Below, piece after piece: positions 1 through 12,199 of a stretch of DNA of 64,000 bases. Each line of letters starts with the position of its first letter. The first letter of the stretch is position 1. The position numbers and the translations under genes were made by a program. The notes below the pieces were generated by a model that worked only from the letters and a program-made list of their open reading frames with translations, did no database searches and was not told where the DNA came from. The stretch is from Octopus vulgaris (Eukaryota), in NCBI GenBank assembly GCA_951406725.2, contig OX597817.1, forward strand, positions 10,788,001 to 10,852,000. The letters are read 5' to 3'.

Positions 1-429
1 ACTACATTGCATGCATTCCGTTTCGTTTTTATAACTACACTTATTGGTTATGAAAATTCTCAAGTTGCTAATATGAGCTTCAAATTATTATTCTACAAGT
101 ACGTTCGTTTTATTTCGTTTTCTGGCTTACATGTTGCTGCTGCAGACACTCCTATGAAGAGAGAAGTGTCGAGTTCTGTCCAGATATTCAATAATGTCAC
201 AACAACAACAACATTTAAGGAGCAAATTAAATCAAATTAAGAGAAATACCTACCATATGTGGCAGACAAACATTACACAGGAGAAATATTACTGGATTAC
301 GTTTTCCGCTGTTCACACATGCGTAGTGAACGTTCTTAATAATTTCTCTCTCGGCAGAAAAAAAAAAGTGGGGAAAATGCAAAAGGTAAATGAGATTATG
401 TGAAGTTCTTTCTTTAACTCTTTATCTAC

Positions 430-522
430 CATGGGTATCACTGATGATTCCCGCAGTACAGAATGAATATGACGACTATAATATTCGTTCTGTACTACCA
501 GGAGTCACCAGTGGTATCCATG
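430..522 (+). repeat. ~40-bp stem hairpin (pre-miRNA-like or tiny MITE)
   Basis: CATGGGTATCACTG...AGTACAGAATGAATAT pairs with ATATTCGTTCTGTACT...CAGTGGTATCCATG; 10-nt loop. Confidence 0.75.
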
Positions 523-566
523 CTATAAATCAAAGAGGTAGTTTATATAGTGAATTTCAGCATACA

Positions 567-778
567 TACTCTTTTACTCTTTTTACTTGTTTCAGTCATT
601 TGACTGCGGCCATGCTGGAGCACCGCCTTTAGTCGAACAAATTCTTTGTAAGCCTAGTACTTATTCTATTGGTCTCTTTTGTCGAACCGCTAAGTTACAG
701 GGACGCAAACACACCAGCATCGGTTGTCAAGCGATGTTGGGGGGACAAACACGGACACTCAAACACACACACACACAT

Positions 779-833
<55 letters not shown>

Positions 834-1039
834 TACGACGTATATATGTATATATATATATATATATACATATATACGACGGGCTTCTTTCAGTTTCCGT
901 CTACCAAATCCACCCACAAGGCTTTGGTCGGCCCGAGGCTATAGCAGAAGGCATTTGCCCAAAGTGCCATGCAGTGGGACTGAACCCGGAACCATGTGGC
1001 TGGTAAGCAAGCTACTTACCACACAGCCATTCCTGCGCC
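567..1039 (-). mobile_element. tRNA-derived SINE family A
   Basis: Head GGCGCAGG..TGGCTGTGTGG / GGTTCAGTCCC, internal (TA)/(TG) tract, (AAAAGAGT)n tail. Confidence 0.9.
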
Positions 1040-1638
1040 TATATATAGTTTTAAAAAAATTTTTATGCATAATTTATAACAAAATTAGACCGTTGGTACA
1101 AAAGCAAATATGGCACAAAATGGGCTTGGTAGACAAATCGTTAAATATGAAGTGCTAGTTATGTACTTTGACTTAGGTTTAAGTTTTGTAATATCATTAA
1201 TGATGTTAAGTACATTACCATATTGTTACCAGTCGGTACTCAAAAGTTGTCTTTTTTTTTTTCGAATAGTAACGAATAGTATTGCCGAAATTGTACAGTC
1301 AGAAAATACTCTAGCTCTTAATCGGTTGATAACCCTCTAAAAAGCTAAAGTGTGACCTATATCACTGTACTTCAAACATATGTTTGTGTGTATTGCAGCT
1401 GCTACACACACAAACATCTATTCTTTTTTTATTAAACATGGCAGTGAGGTCAGCACTTAAAGCCTCTGCAGGCGCTCTGTTGCCGATGCGGTCGAGGTCA
1501 TTAACATCTCGCTTAAACTGTAGCAAGTCGACAACTGCAGAAAAGATAGGTTCAGGAAAGTAATTCCAGAAGGCCGGTGTTCTGTGAAGGACCATGTGTA
1601 GTGGTTAGTGCAGGGCCTAGAGTGAAGGACACAATATA

Positions 1639-1852
1639 TATTTCTTTACTACCCACAAGGGGCTAAACATAGAGGGGACAAACAAGGACAGACAAAGGGA
1701 TTAAGTCGATTACATCGACCCCAGTGCGTAACTGGTACTTAATTTATCGACCCCGAAAGGATGAAAGGCAAAGTCGACCTCGGCGGAATTTGAACTCGGA
1801 ACGTAACGACAGACGAAATACTGCTACGAATTTCGCCCGGCGTGCTAACGTT
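1639..1852 (-). mobile_element. SINE family B (Sauria/Meta-like central domain) with 34-bp TSD
   Basis: Contains the GTCGACTTTGCCTTTCATCCTTTCGGGGTCGATAAATTAAGTACCAG domain; direct repeats at 1605-1638 and 1853-1886. Confidence 0.9.
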
Positions 1853-2671
1853 TTAGTGCAGGGCCTAGAGTGATGGACACAATATAGGTTATTAGGGGAA
1901 GCGAAAGAGACGAGTGAATGCTTCGAGCAGTAGGGGCTATTGTAGTAGCTTTAGAAACGATAAAGAAAAGAGACAGCAGTAAATCTATAAAGCTGGAGTG
2001 TTTTTGTGAGTGGCTTCATGACCAACCAGTCGTGTAGCATTTCATTAGATGCAGTTTCAGATGTCTGCGTACATAGCAGCAATACTGTCCCAAATGTTCG
2101 TTATGGACCTTACTTAAGCTTTGAAGAGGGGCAGTAGTTGATGGGGAATGAAGTATTTTCTAGCTGTGAAGAGAAATAGTAATGTTAGAGAGGTAGTCGT
2201 TTCTGTGTTGAGACTACATTCACCAGGCGAGGTCCTCAGAGAGTGTGAGGACTAGTTTTTGAAGTGGTCGTAATGATTCTAGTTGTGGACTGTTCATTCT
2301 TTATTGTGAGGGTATTAAATGTGATAATGTTTTCATGATACGTGCAGTAACCATATTTTATTACTGTTGAAAGAGATAAGATCACTATGTCACCGTTACT
2401 CATGGAGTAGAGATCTCTAAAATATCGAAGTGGGGTGTCTAGGTTGCATATGGAAGGCATTTGTATGTGGAAAGTTCGAGTGGAATGAAAGACGGTGTCA
2501 TCTGCGTCATGGGCATCGTTAGAGGTGCCTGTTGGTACTCCGTTGATGTATATGGGGAATGTGGGGACAAAATATAACTTTAGGGAACATCAGAGTCGAT
2601 GTTAGGGAAAGCCCTATCAGAGACGAAAGGAGCCTACGGGCGGACAGTTTTGACAAGAGACATATTAGACA

Positions 2672-3109
2672 CTAGCAGCATAGCCCGGCATTGCCCGAGT
2701 ATGTAAGAGCCCCTAGTAGGCAACGACTAATCCCAATCTAGTCCTTTCCCTCTTGGGAACGAAGGCGCATGTGCAGGTTGCAATATCTTCTCTTCACTCG
2801 AATACTTCTGTGTATACGATGTTCCTAGCTGTCCCTTTGGGCGATAAAAAGGTCGAGTTGTGTCCCCTAGACAGAAAATGTGTTGCATATAAAAAGCTTA
2901 GATTCTCGACCCCATGTCGAATTTATCGATCTTTTTCAGAACTGGGGGAACTTTTCAAAGTTTTCGCTGCGTTAGTTTTGAATTATGACATTGGGCTATG
3001 TGTGTGTCAAGTTTCATCAGAATCGGTTGAAAGCCGTGGTCAGGGTGAGGGTACAACCTGACAGACACACAGACACACAGACAGACAAACTGCCGTTTAT
3101 ATATAGAGA
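2672..3109 (-). mobile_element. Non-autonomous Helitron
   Basis: Minus strand begins A|TCTCTATATATAAA and ends with hairpin CTCGGGCAATGCCGGG then CTAG|T; no TSD. Confidence 0.85.
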
Positions 3110-3373
3110 TAATCGAAAGGCTTGTTGATGTTTGTTGATGTTGGTTGTTGATGTTGGTTGAGTCGGTCTCCAGTAGATCTTAACTTCACACAAAAACCGT
3201 AATGGTGGTCATTAAAGAGAGATAGGGATTCAATGTGTTAAAAAAAGTTATTGTTAATAGCTTTCTCTACTACTTCTGAGATAATGAAACAGAGTGTGAT
3301 AGGACTGTAGGTGGTGGGTTTTAAGGAGTTTGCCTTTTTGAGAATCAGACATATGTCAGCGTGTTTCCAAATA

Positions 3374-3617
3374 CAGTAATCCCTCGACTATCGCGGGTAT
3401 TGGGTGCTACGTTCCAAAACACCCCCGCGATAGGTGAAAATCCGCGAAGTAGAAACAGTATTGTACGGTATATTTTTTAAATTATTTTTATAATTTGTAT
3501 ATATTTATTTTATTATGAATACAAAACAACACCACGGAGGAAGCGACGTAAGCTTAAATACTAAACCGCGATAAATGAACCGCGATAGGTGAACCGTGAT
3601 ATGGCGGTAGATTACTG
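3374..3617. mobile_element. Tc1/mariner-pogo type MITE
   Basis: TA|CAGTAATC ... GATTACTG|TA; internal CCGCGATA repeats. Confidence 0.8.
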
Positions 3618-4772
3618 TATTGGAATAGATCCAGAGAGTGGAGGAAGAAAGTGAGAGAGAGATAAGAACGGAGAGAGCGTGTGTTATGTGAGTTTCGGGG
3701 CAGCCCCGGGGTTCTTTTTCTTTTCTAAGGTAATAAAGGAGACATTGTCAAGGCCAGTGACTGCTGGTTTGAAACGACCGGATGTACGCACTTAGCAGAC
3801 GCACCAGTGTTCGTGCATGCGTGCGTGCATGCACGCTCAGTAGTTAACCTGGTGGGATTGAAAGAAATCATTTTTAGCTTGCGTGTACTGTCTTGTGTTG
3901 GATGCAAATTGGACAAGAAATGTGAAGGCTGCGGGTGCATCAGAAAATCCACAATTTGCAAGCTCAAAGGCTTCTACTCCTCTGAACTACCAAATTATGT
4001 ACTATCTGGTGTACCTATCTCTCCCTCTGCCGTCCTTTTTGTGTCTTATCCACCAAATTCCGTACTAAACACTTTACTCAATCCGTCTTCCTCAAAACTA
4101 CATTATTCATGCAATTATCTAAACTATGTATTTCCTAAAAGCATCAACCCTAGTAGTAAGAAAGTGGGTTCGCTTGAAATGTCATATGTTTTCTTTCTTT
4201 AGACTAAACAATGGCTTCACACATTAAAATAAGGCATTGAGGGGTTGATGGGGGATTTTATTGACTCAGCATATCATTGCTACGAAATTTACCCGGAGAT
4301 GACTTTTAATCAGGCCAAAATGACTTCGCTTTTTATTGTGGAGGAGTAAAAAGCAAAATCATTTTGGACAGATTTAGAATTTTGACCAAGGGAAAGGATG
4401 GGGTTTTCAATTATTAAAATGAACCCTGCACTGGCTGCTTAATTTTCCAAAAACTCAATATCAAATTCTTTCTTGGAACAGCGGATCTCGAATCAGATGA
4501 AACCATAAATAATAGCATGTAAATATTGGGTTAAAACACCCTTTGGTTTGACGTCAACAAAATTAAGTATTTAAGTCAAATAAATGTTAGAAGATAATTG
4601 AATTTGCGTAGAGTTACCGGTAATAAGTTTCGTCCGGATATCTTCGATTACCCAACTGGTTACAAGAGAGATTCTGGTATTTATTTGCCGAGAGTTGACC
4701 ACGTTAGGATTTCAACTTACAACTAAAGAGATACTTGCATGTTCTACACATTTATACATTGATATTAGCCGC

Positions 4773-4817
<45 letters not shown>

Positions 4818-4884
4818 GCGAGAACGGGGAGAGAGAGGAGGAGCTTTTTCTTTAATAAAGCTCAAAGTTTCTTTAATAAAGCTT

Positions 4885-5690
4885 AAAGTTAATGGTCAAG
4901 GGATGGAAACTGACCACAAGTGGATCGTACCCTACAACCCATTTCTGTCTAAAACATTGCAGGCCCATGTTTATGTTGAATCATGCAACTCTATGAAAAG
5001 TATTAAATATGTATGTAAATACATCAACAAGGGCTCAGATATGGTGGTTTTGGGACTTGAACAGGAGGGCAAACAGGCAGATGAAATTCAGCAATATAAG
5101 TTGGGCAGGTATATTTCTTCTAACGAGGGAATGTGACGCAACCTGGGCTTCGAAATCCACGAGCGACATCCAGCAGTGGGGAATCTACATGTACATCTGG
5201 AAAATGGCCAGTGTGTATATTTCACAGAAGACAATACTCGAGACGTTCTGAATCTACCAGAAAGCACTTTGACAGCTTTCTTCAAATTATGCCAATATGA
5301 TCTGTTTGCCGATGACATGTGGTTTGGGTGAACCTCTCAAGCTTTGGGTAACCCACAAAACCAGCATGGCAGAGGACATCCTACAAAGGATATTCAAAGG
5401 TAAACCTCAGCGGAAATTGCCACGTTCAAAAACGCCATTTACAATGAGGCATTACTTGACCTGGACACCCGACAACAAGCTATAGGAAGTCAAGGTATTG
5501 CCACATTTGGTCTACCTCAATCGGAGCAGGCAGCAAACAATCTTGCAATTGACTACCTGCGAGAAATCAGCTACGACATCGAGGACATGACGGCGTATGT
5601 AGCTGATAACGAACACAAACTGATGGAGGACCAACCGGGTGTTTATAGGACCATTATTTCGAGCATTGAAGTGAAAGAGGATTTTATTGA
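4885..5690 (+). pseudogene. Helitron Rep/helicase fragment (degraded, internally deleted)
   Basis: WIVPYNPFLSKTLQAHVYVESCNSMKSIKYVCKYINKGSD...DEIQQYKLGRYISSNEG*..GFEIHERHPAVGNLHVHLENGQCVYF is typical Helitron RepHel sequence; has a stop and frameshifts. Confidence 0.9.
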
Positions 5691-6126
5691 ACATATTCCC
5701 CTCTCAGGTTCACACACTTATTGTACAGTCCCTTCAGTTTTTCTAAGCCCTTTAAAAGAATTCGGAAGTTTGGACCTCCAGCCATGCCTTTCATGACACC
5801 TTTAAAGCCAAGAACTTTTCTGCACCCCTTGCTTATATATATGTATATATGTATATATGGAGGCGCAATGGCCCAGTGGTTAGGGCAGCGGACTCGCGAT
5901 CGTAGTGTTATACTAATTATCGATTTTTTAATAATTTTGATATATATTTAAATAAAATAAATTAATTAATCTTATGTATTGGCTTAAGTTTTTCATTGTA
6001 TGATTTGCCTAATAGTGGTTTTATCTCTAATTTAATATAATATAATATTTTACTATAAAATTGGATTCAATCCTAAATCTGATTTTTCCCTGTAATTTTT
6101 GAAGGCTAAAACAATATTTATATATA

Positions 6127-6175
<49 letters not shown>

Positions 6176-6299
6176 GATATAAGTTTCGCCTTGTAATAAC
6201 TGATGATACTGTAATATTATTTTTACATGGCTATTCACATCAGTGGTTACAATGAAGTCGATTTTAGCGTCTGGAAACATATGTTAAACATATGGTGGC

Positions 6300-6520
6300 A
6301 GTATATCGGTTTCAAATTTTGACACAAGGCCAACAATTTTAAAGGAAAAGGTAAGGCGATTACATCGATCCCAGTACTCAACTGGCCCTTATTTCATCGA
6401 CTTCGAAAGGATGAAAAGCAAAGTCGACGTTGGCGAATTTTGAACTCAGAACGTAAACACGGACGAAATGTCACTATGCATTTTGTCCGACGTGTTAGCG
6501 ATTCTGTCAGCTCGTCGCCT
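6300..6520 (-). mobile_element. SINE family B, older variant
   Basis: Same central domain with a different 3' tail. Confidence 0.75.
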
Positions 6521-7518
6521 TATGGTGAATGAAAGCAAGAGTCGTATTTGAACGAGTTTTAAGAGTAGGAGTAGCGAACGTCCTCTCACCCGATGCTCCA
6601 ATTTCCGTTTCAGAAAGGCTATATGATAGTCCGAGTTTCCCAGTTGGCATCGACTTGATGATGATAATAATGATGATGATATTAAAAGGATGGGAAAGGG
6701 AGAAAATTAAAACATGGATTAAAGGAAAAGGCAAATGCTAATCACTGTCGTACAAAACAATAAACACAGTTTTTATCGTCCTAATAATAATTTTACTTTT
6801 ATTTTGAACGCCTCATCTCATACTGAATCTGTCTGTCTGTCTGTCTCTCCCTCTCGCTCTCCCTCTCTCTCTGTCTCTTCCTCTCTCTCAACCGGCCTCT
6901 CCTACAACACACTTCCCTATATATCTCATTTACTGTGATCCTGCAGTTTGTCGTTTCTGTCACGGCTAACAATTTTAGTGGAATAACATCTGTATATGGA
7001 GAATCCCCGAATCTATGCTACCGAATTACTTTTTCATTGAATCAATTTATTGGAATTTTATTCTCAGTCCCAAACACTTGCCCTGTAGTCTATTTTTATC
7101 ATTGCACGGAAAGAAATCTTTCGATATTTTAAAAGTAATGTAAAAAAAAAAAAAAAACGCGCATGAAAGATTTGGATGAAAGATGGCAGCGATTGGTGCG
7201 AGAAATGAAAGCTAAGGGAAGCGTATGAGAAAATGAAACCCAGAAAAAAGGAAGACGTAATTCGGAGATTTCAAGAATTTGTGAGTTAGGCAGATAAAGT
7301 TCCCAGTTTCAGAGAAACTGCTCGACTTCACAAAGATTATCATAAAAATCCACTTGTTCATTATAATGTATTTTATGTTTTGATAATAAATTCCATATTC
7401 AAACAAGACTCTGTCATTTTTAACAGGTACTACGTTAGTTTTATAATGTTTAAGTTTTGATTTCTTTTGTTGGTTTTATACAAGATAAAAGAAGGTAGTA
7501 AAGACTGTATCTGTTATC

Positions 7519-7725
7519 TTTTATTTGTTTCAGTCATTGGACTGCGGCCATGCAGGGGCACCGACTCGGACACGTCGACGCACTACTTCGTTTTTTAAAG
7601 CTTGGTACTTATTCTTCCGGTCTCTTTTGCTGAACCGCTTGGTTACAGGGGTGTAAACAAACTAACACTGGTTGTCAAGCGATGGAAGGGAGGCGGACAC
7701 AAAGACGCACACATACATACGTGTG
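7519..7725 (-). mobile_element. SINE family A, older partial copy
   Basis: Diverged 3' half only. Confidence 0.75.
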
Positions 7726-7773
7726 TGTATAATATTGAAAATAATGTTCCTCTTCGTACAATGTCATACTTAT

Positions 7774-7870
7774 ATTACCCTGAAGAGATCGTACTAATAA
7801 TGCATAAATTGCTGCATATAAACATGTCGCAATATGCAGTTAGTGCGATCGAAATACGTGTCAAAGAATT
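7774..7870 (+). ncRNA. Type I hammerhead ribozyme motif with long stem II, inside a Penelope-like pLTR remnant
   Basis: CTGAAGA 7780-7786; 11-bp stem GATCGTACTAA/TTAGTGCGATC; GAAA 7851-7854; near-palindromic TACGTG; GTC triplet ending 7862. Stem I is decayed. Confidence 0.65.
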
Positions 7871-8186
7871 ATTAAGAATAAGCTAACTGGAAATAAAAAC
7901 ATAAAGTTTGAATGTTCAAATTCTTCATTCTCTTTATTATCAATATTGTACTTTACACTCAAAGTAGTCAAGAAATAAACTGTAATATTGGATGGAAGCT
8001 AAAGGAAGTTTACCCCGCTGCCAAAATTGTTTTTTTTAAATGCCCATCTGAAGGAACCTGTCTTAGCATTTTACTCAAAGAAACTCGGTATCTGCCTAGA
8101 TATTACATCTTTCCTCTTACTATATATATATATGTACGAGGGGAACCCAAAAGAAACTGGAATTTTGCAATGTTATTTTATTCACT

Positions 8187-8470
8187 AGTGGTTGGAGCAG
8201 AGGACTCGCGGTCGAGGGATCGCGGGTTCGAATCTCAGACCGGGCGATGTGTGTGTTTATGAGCGAAACTCCTAAGTTCCACGCGGCTCCAGCAGAAGGT
8301 AATGGCGAACTTCTGCTGACTCTTTCGCCACAACTTTCTCTCACTCTACCCTCCTGCATCTTGCAGCTCACCTGCGACGGACCGTCGTCGCGTCCAAGTG
8401 AGGAACCTATACGCCAAGGAAACCGGGAAACCGGCCCTTATGAGCCAGGCATGGCTCGAGAAGTAACAAA
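8187..8470 (+). mobile_element. tRNA-derived SINE related to family C (different tail), nested in the mariner
   Basis: B-box GGGTTCGAATC; TATTCACT flanks on both sides. A decayed relative lies at ~60465-60690. Confidence 0.8.
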
Positions 8471-9044
8471 CATTATATTCACTTAGTTTTACACGTTTAC
8501 ACTTTTATCGCCTTCAGAGTATTCTCCATTTCAAGCAATGCACCAGTTCAGACTCGTTTTCCACTGTTCGAAGCAGTGCTGGAACTCTTGAGAGGTGATG
8601 CCTTTTAACGCCTCTGTCGTTTTTTTCTTCACCTCTTCCACATCTGAAAATTCCATAGTACCAGCTTCCATCACCGGTGATGACCTTCGAGAAAAGGTCC
8701 TGATCAACTTTCAACCGTGACTGCTTTTCATCTTCCGTAAGCGATGTACAAATGTTGCTGCAACTCTTCATTCGCAATTACTCGCTCAAAGTCCGTTGGC
8801 GGGAGCTCCAGGACATACCAGTCATATTAACAAATTCGTCAATTGTTCAGTAACGGTCCTCCAAGATTACTCCAGGAATTTTCATGATGTTTTCATTCGT
8901 TCGGGAGGTCACCCTGAACAAGATTGGTCTTCAAGCGACAAGTGACCATTCCTAAAGCGTGGAAACCACTCGTAAACTTGTATTCTGCTCATGGCAGCGT
9001 TCTTGTAAACTGTTTGAAGCATGACAACTGTTTCGGCAATCGTT

Positions 9045-9834
9045 GGATCTAGTTGGTCTGGTTGCCAGCATCAATTGCAGTTCCAATTGATTTCATATTT
9101 AGTGTAACGATACACTTTTATAGGCTAATGAACGACGTGAAAGTCATTTTCGCTATAAATTAATAAATAAAGAGTTATTAGCAATTAAAGTTTGAAAATT
9201 TTGGGTAATTTTAGCCAATCGTAAGCCACAAACACATTCAAGCCTGTTTCCATAGCAACAAGCCAAACATGAGAACTCTTTTACCAACTAGAAAGCATGT
9301 GTGTTGACAAATATATTCTACGCGATGCCACGCGCGTTGACGCTGTGTTCTGTACCTTGTGCCTATCTGTTGCTTGTACCCTGGTCGTGTGATGTGCTAA
9401 AAATAACAGCTAAATAGGCCTTAAATCACGCCTCACCATTATGTATTTTTTTTTTTGTATAATCTTATGAATTCCCATGTGTTGAGTACAAATTTGCAAG
9501 AATTTTCTGCAAAATTCCAAATTTAAAAAAAAAAGTTATGTCGTACATTAAGCAGAATTTGATTTTTTTAGTTTCATATAAAAACACGTGCTATTTTGAG
9601 AATGTTGACAGCACATGCAGTCATGCACAAAAGAACAGCTTCCAAATCCTGTTTCCTGACCGGGTGAAAACGATCAATCTTTAAACTTCTATAACTATAA
9701 AAAAAACAGTTTTTTCTAGAAAAAGTGAAACAACTCCAGCAATTCAGCTTGGAAAAGTATATTAACGTACCAAATTTTAAAATTTTCGATACACTTTAAT
9801 TTTTGAAATACTGGCAACCAAATCAACTAGATCC
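9045..9834. mobile_element. GG-terminated TIR element with 8-bp TSD (Merlin-like)
   Basis: TIR GGATCTAGTTG(G/A)T(C/T)TGGTTGCCAG; TSD CAATCGTT / CAGTCGTT. Confidence 0.75.
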
Positions 9835-10182
9835 CAGTCGTTTTCTGCAGCAGAAAACAGAATTTCACTGAAGCACGATGTCCTTTTCAGTCATCGCAAA
9901 AATAGACGAACAGGGAAGAAGCACTGCAAAACAGAAACGTACCACGTGGCAGTAGGGCTACACTAGACGACGCCGGTCGGCAGACTGATGCCTGTTGGTC
10001 GCATCAAGTGGCTTCTTGTGGCGGAAGCCCGAACTACAAAGGGGCTTGTCCCACAGAGAACGTTTCCGGTAACTTTTGGGTACTCCGTCGTATATACAGA
10101 TATATATATAAAACAGGCTTCTTTCAGCTTCCATCCACCAAATTCGCTCTCAAGGCATTGGTTAGCCCGGGATTATGATAAG

Positions 10183-10552
10183 GGCAAGACTTCCACCTGT
10201 GCCCCACCAAAAAACCACCCCTTTTTCTTTTACACCCCATCCCTAAATATGCGGAAAAATACGGAGATTATGATTCTGAAATAAATTTCCAAAACTTTTC
10301 GTAAAATTTTTTTAAGAATTTTTTTTTTTTTTTCTAAATATGCGGAAAAATATGGGCATTACGATTCTGACAAAAATTTCAAAACATTTCTGTAGTTACG
10401 GTTAGGATTAGTGTTGGGGGAAAATGCCGATTTTTGGCAATTTTCCGGAACCTCCGTATCGAAAAACGGGGGTTTTTGACCAAAAAAAAAAAAAAAATTA
10501 CTAAACAAATTTGGGAGAAAATGGGGCGGGGAGGACTGGCGGAAGTCTTCCC
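10183..10552. mobile_element. GG-terminated MITE with 8-bp TSD, inserted in a SINE fragment
   Basis: TIR GG(C/G)AAGACTTCC(A/G)CC(T/A)GT; TSD ATGATAAG / AGGATAAG; internal duplication of CTAAATATGCGGAAAAATA. Confidence 0.7.
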
Positions 10553-11682
10553 AGGATAAGAAACTTGCTTAAGGTGGCGCGCAGTCAGACTGAATCTAAA
10601 GCTACGAGGTTGCAAAGCGCACTCAAATGATAGAAAAAATACGCGTTCAAAACTAAATTAACATTAATTTAAAAAATTAAAACAAAAATGAGTGATTCGG
10701 AGATATTACAAATTAACTGCTAGGATTTTAATGAAAATTAATATTACAGGTTATAAACGATTTGAGATCGAAAAGCGCAACAGGCTCACTGAGTGGAGTT
10801 GAACCCTGTATCAATCACTGCATTATTGATTACAATATTCTATTTACCAACTTGTTCTGCGAGCGCGGGTTGACCTCTTATCGGCTGTAATGGCAAAACT
10901 TATGCGCCTGTCTTTAGAAAAAGAAAGTCAGTAGGATTAAATGAACATATTTCAGACCTATTTAGATTTGTTTCATTAACAATTCCGTTTCTCTCACTAC
11001 CAAACGTAATGTTCCCACCCTTTTGCCAACCGGTAGGTCCTAACATCCTGCCTTTGTACACCCTTTCTACTCCTCTGATGACCACACATCATATAACATT
11101 TTCTCCGCCTTACCCACTTCGCTTTGAATAATCAGTTGCTTCGTTTTGTGTGTTGCGGATTTATCAATAAACTTTTCAACACTCCTATACATAAATATAA
11201 ATAAACTTTTTTTCTTTGTATTGTCTTCTGCATCCATTCATTTTTCTTTTTTCGATTTCTTCAGTCAGAAATTGACAGACAGAAGCGTAAATTCAAATAG
11301 ATTTGATTAAACGTTCACGAATATATAAACAGATGAATGCACACACACACACATACATAAAACGCAAGAGGTGTGTGTGTGTGTGTGTATTTGTTCCCTC
11401 TTTCGCCTCCTGCTGCTGCTCAAGCATCCCCGAGAGAGGGAATTGCTGGAATCGTCAATGACCATAGAAGGCAATCCTTAACGATATGACGAAGGAGTGG
11501 GGTAAAGAAAGAAGAGTTGTAAACAGAAAAGAATGAAGTCGAAACACTTCAGGAGAAAGAGGATGGTAAGGGGAAAAGACGTAAAAAAAAGGTGCTTGTA
11601 GTATATAGGAAGCGGAGGAACAGTAGAATTACATTCATAACCTTCATGTATATAGATATATATATATTTATTATATAGAAGG

Positions 11683-11733
11683 AGCTTCTACAGGACTAGA
11701 ACTGTTTCATTCAAGAGAAATCTTCAGGAAGCT
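11683..11733 (-). ncRNA. Type I hammerhead ribozyme motif, near-intact
   Basis: Minus strand reads AGCTTC-CTGAAGA-t.ttc.tctt.gaa.t-GAAA-cag.ttctagtc.ctg-TA-GAAGCT: 6-bp stem I, short stem II, stem III cag/ctg, GUA cleavage triplet. Confidence 0.75.
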
Positions 11734-11739
11734 GAATAG

Positions 11740-11775
<36 letters not shown>

Positions 11776-12199
11776 AAAAAGGTACTTTCACAGTGAACGA
11801 AACGAGACTCAAAAACATGCGAAAAACAATTAAACATGTACAAAGTGTCTAGAAGAGGAGGAAATAAACGTTTGTGACACACATAAGCAGCACGTACACA
11901 CATAACTAAAAAGGTATTAAGAGAAATAAAGAAAAGAAAAGGAAAGCAAGGAAAGATAAGATGTAAAGAGGGAATAAAAAACATAGCAGGACGAATAAAT
12001 GTAAGAGTCGAATGAGGGAGGGGGAGAAGTGAATGAGTGAGTAAGTGTGAGAGAGAGAGAGTAAGTGAGAAGAGAGAGAGAGAGAGAGAGAGGAAAGTAA
12101 TTGACAATCAGAAAAAAAGCTAGAAAAAATCGTGAAGGAAAAAAAGAACGGAAATATGTGGGAGGGGGGAGAAGAGGAGAGAGAAGGAATAAATAGAAT

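Larger units (their letters stand above)
1400..3720 (-). pseudogene. Old LINE (CR1/L2/Jockey group) ORF2 remnant with three nested insertions
   Basis: Minus strand has ADDT (YADD-like) near 2500, IDSDVP (SGVPQG-like) near 2590, and a C-terminal RTPAFWNYFPEPIF..DLLQFKRDVN at 1500-1590. Confidence 0.65.
8137..10090 (-). mobile_element. Degraded mariner transposon with nested SINE and MITE
   Basis: TA-flanked TIRs CGAGGGGAACCCAAAAGAAACTGGAA / TTCCGGTAACTTTTGGGTACTCCGTCG. Minus-strand remnants include KVITGDGSWYYG (first catalytic Asp motif). Confidence 0.85.

Noticed and set aside
587-1158. Recurrent ORFs such as MFQSFDCGHAGAPP / RQASFSFRLPNP
   Set aside because: Antisense translations of SINE family A, repeated at every copy.
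3807-4202. 131-aa Cys-containing ORF
   Set aside because: GTG start, no recognisable domain and no splice context.
6170-6250. CTGATGA on + and GGCGAAAC on - next to (TA)n
   Set aside because: The core halves do not assemble into a hammerhead on one strand with paired stems.
11240-11270. CTGAAGA...GAAA on the minus strand (similar cases at ~23935 and ~29270)
   Set aside because: Only 3-4 nt between the core halves and no stems; chance matches.
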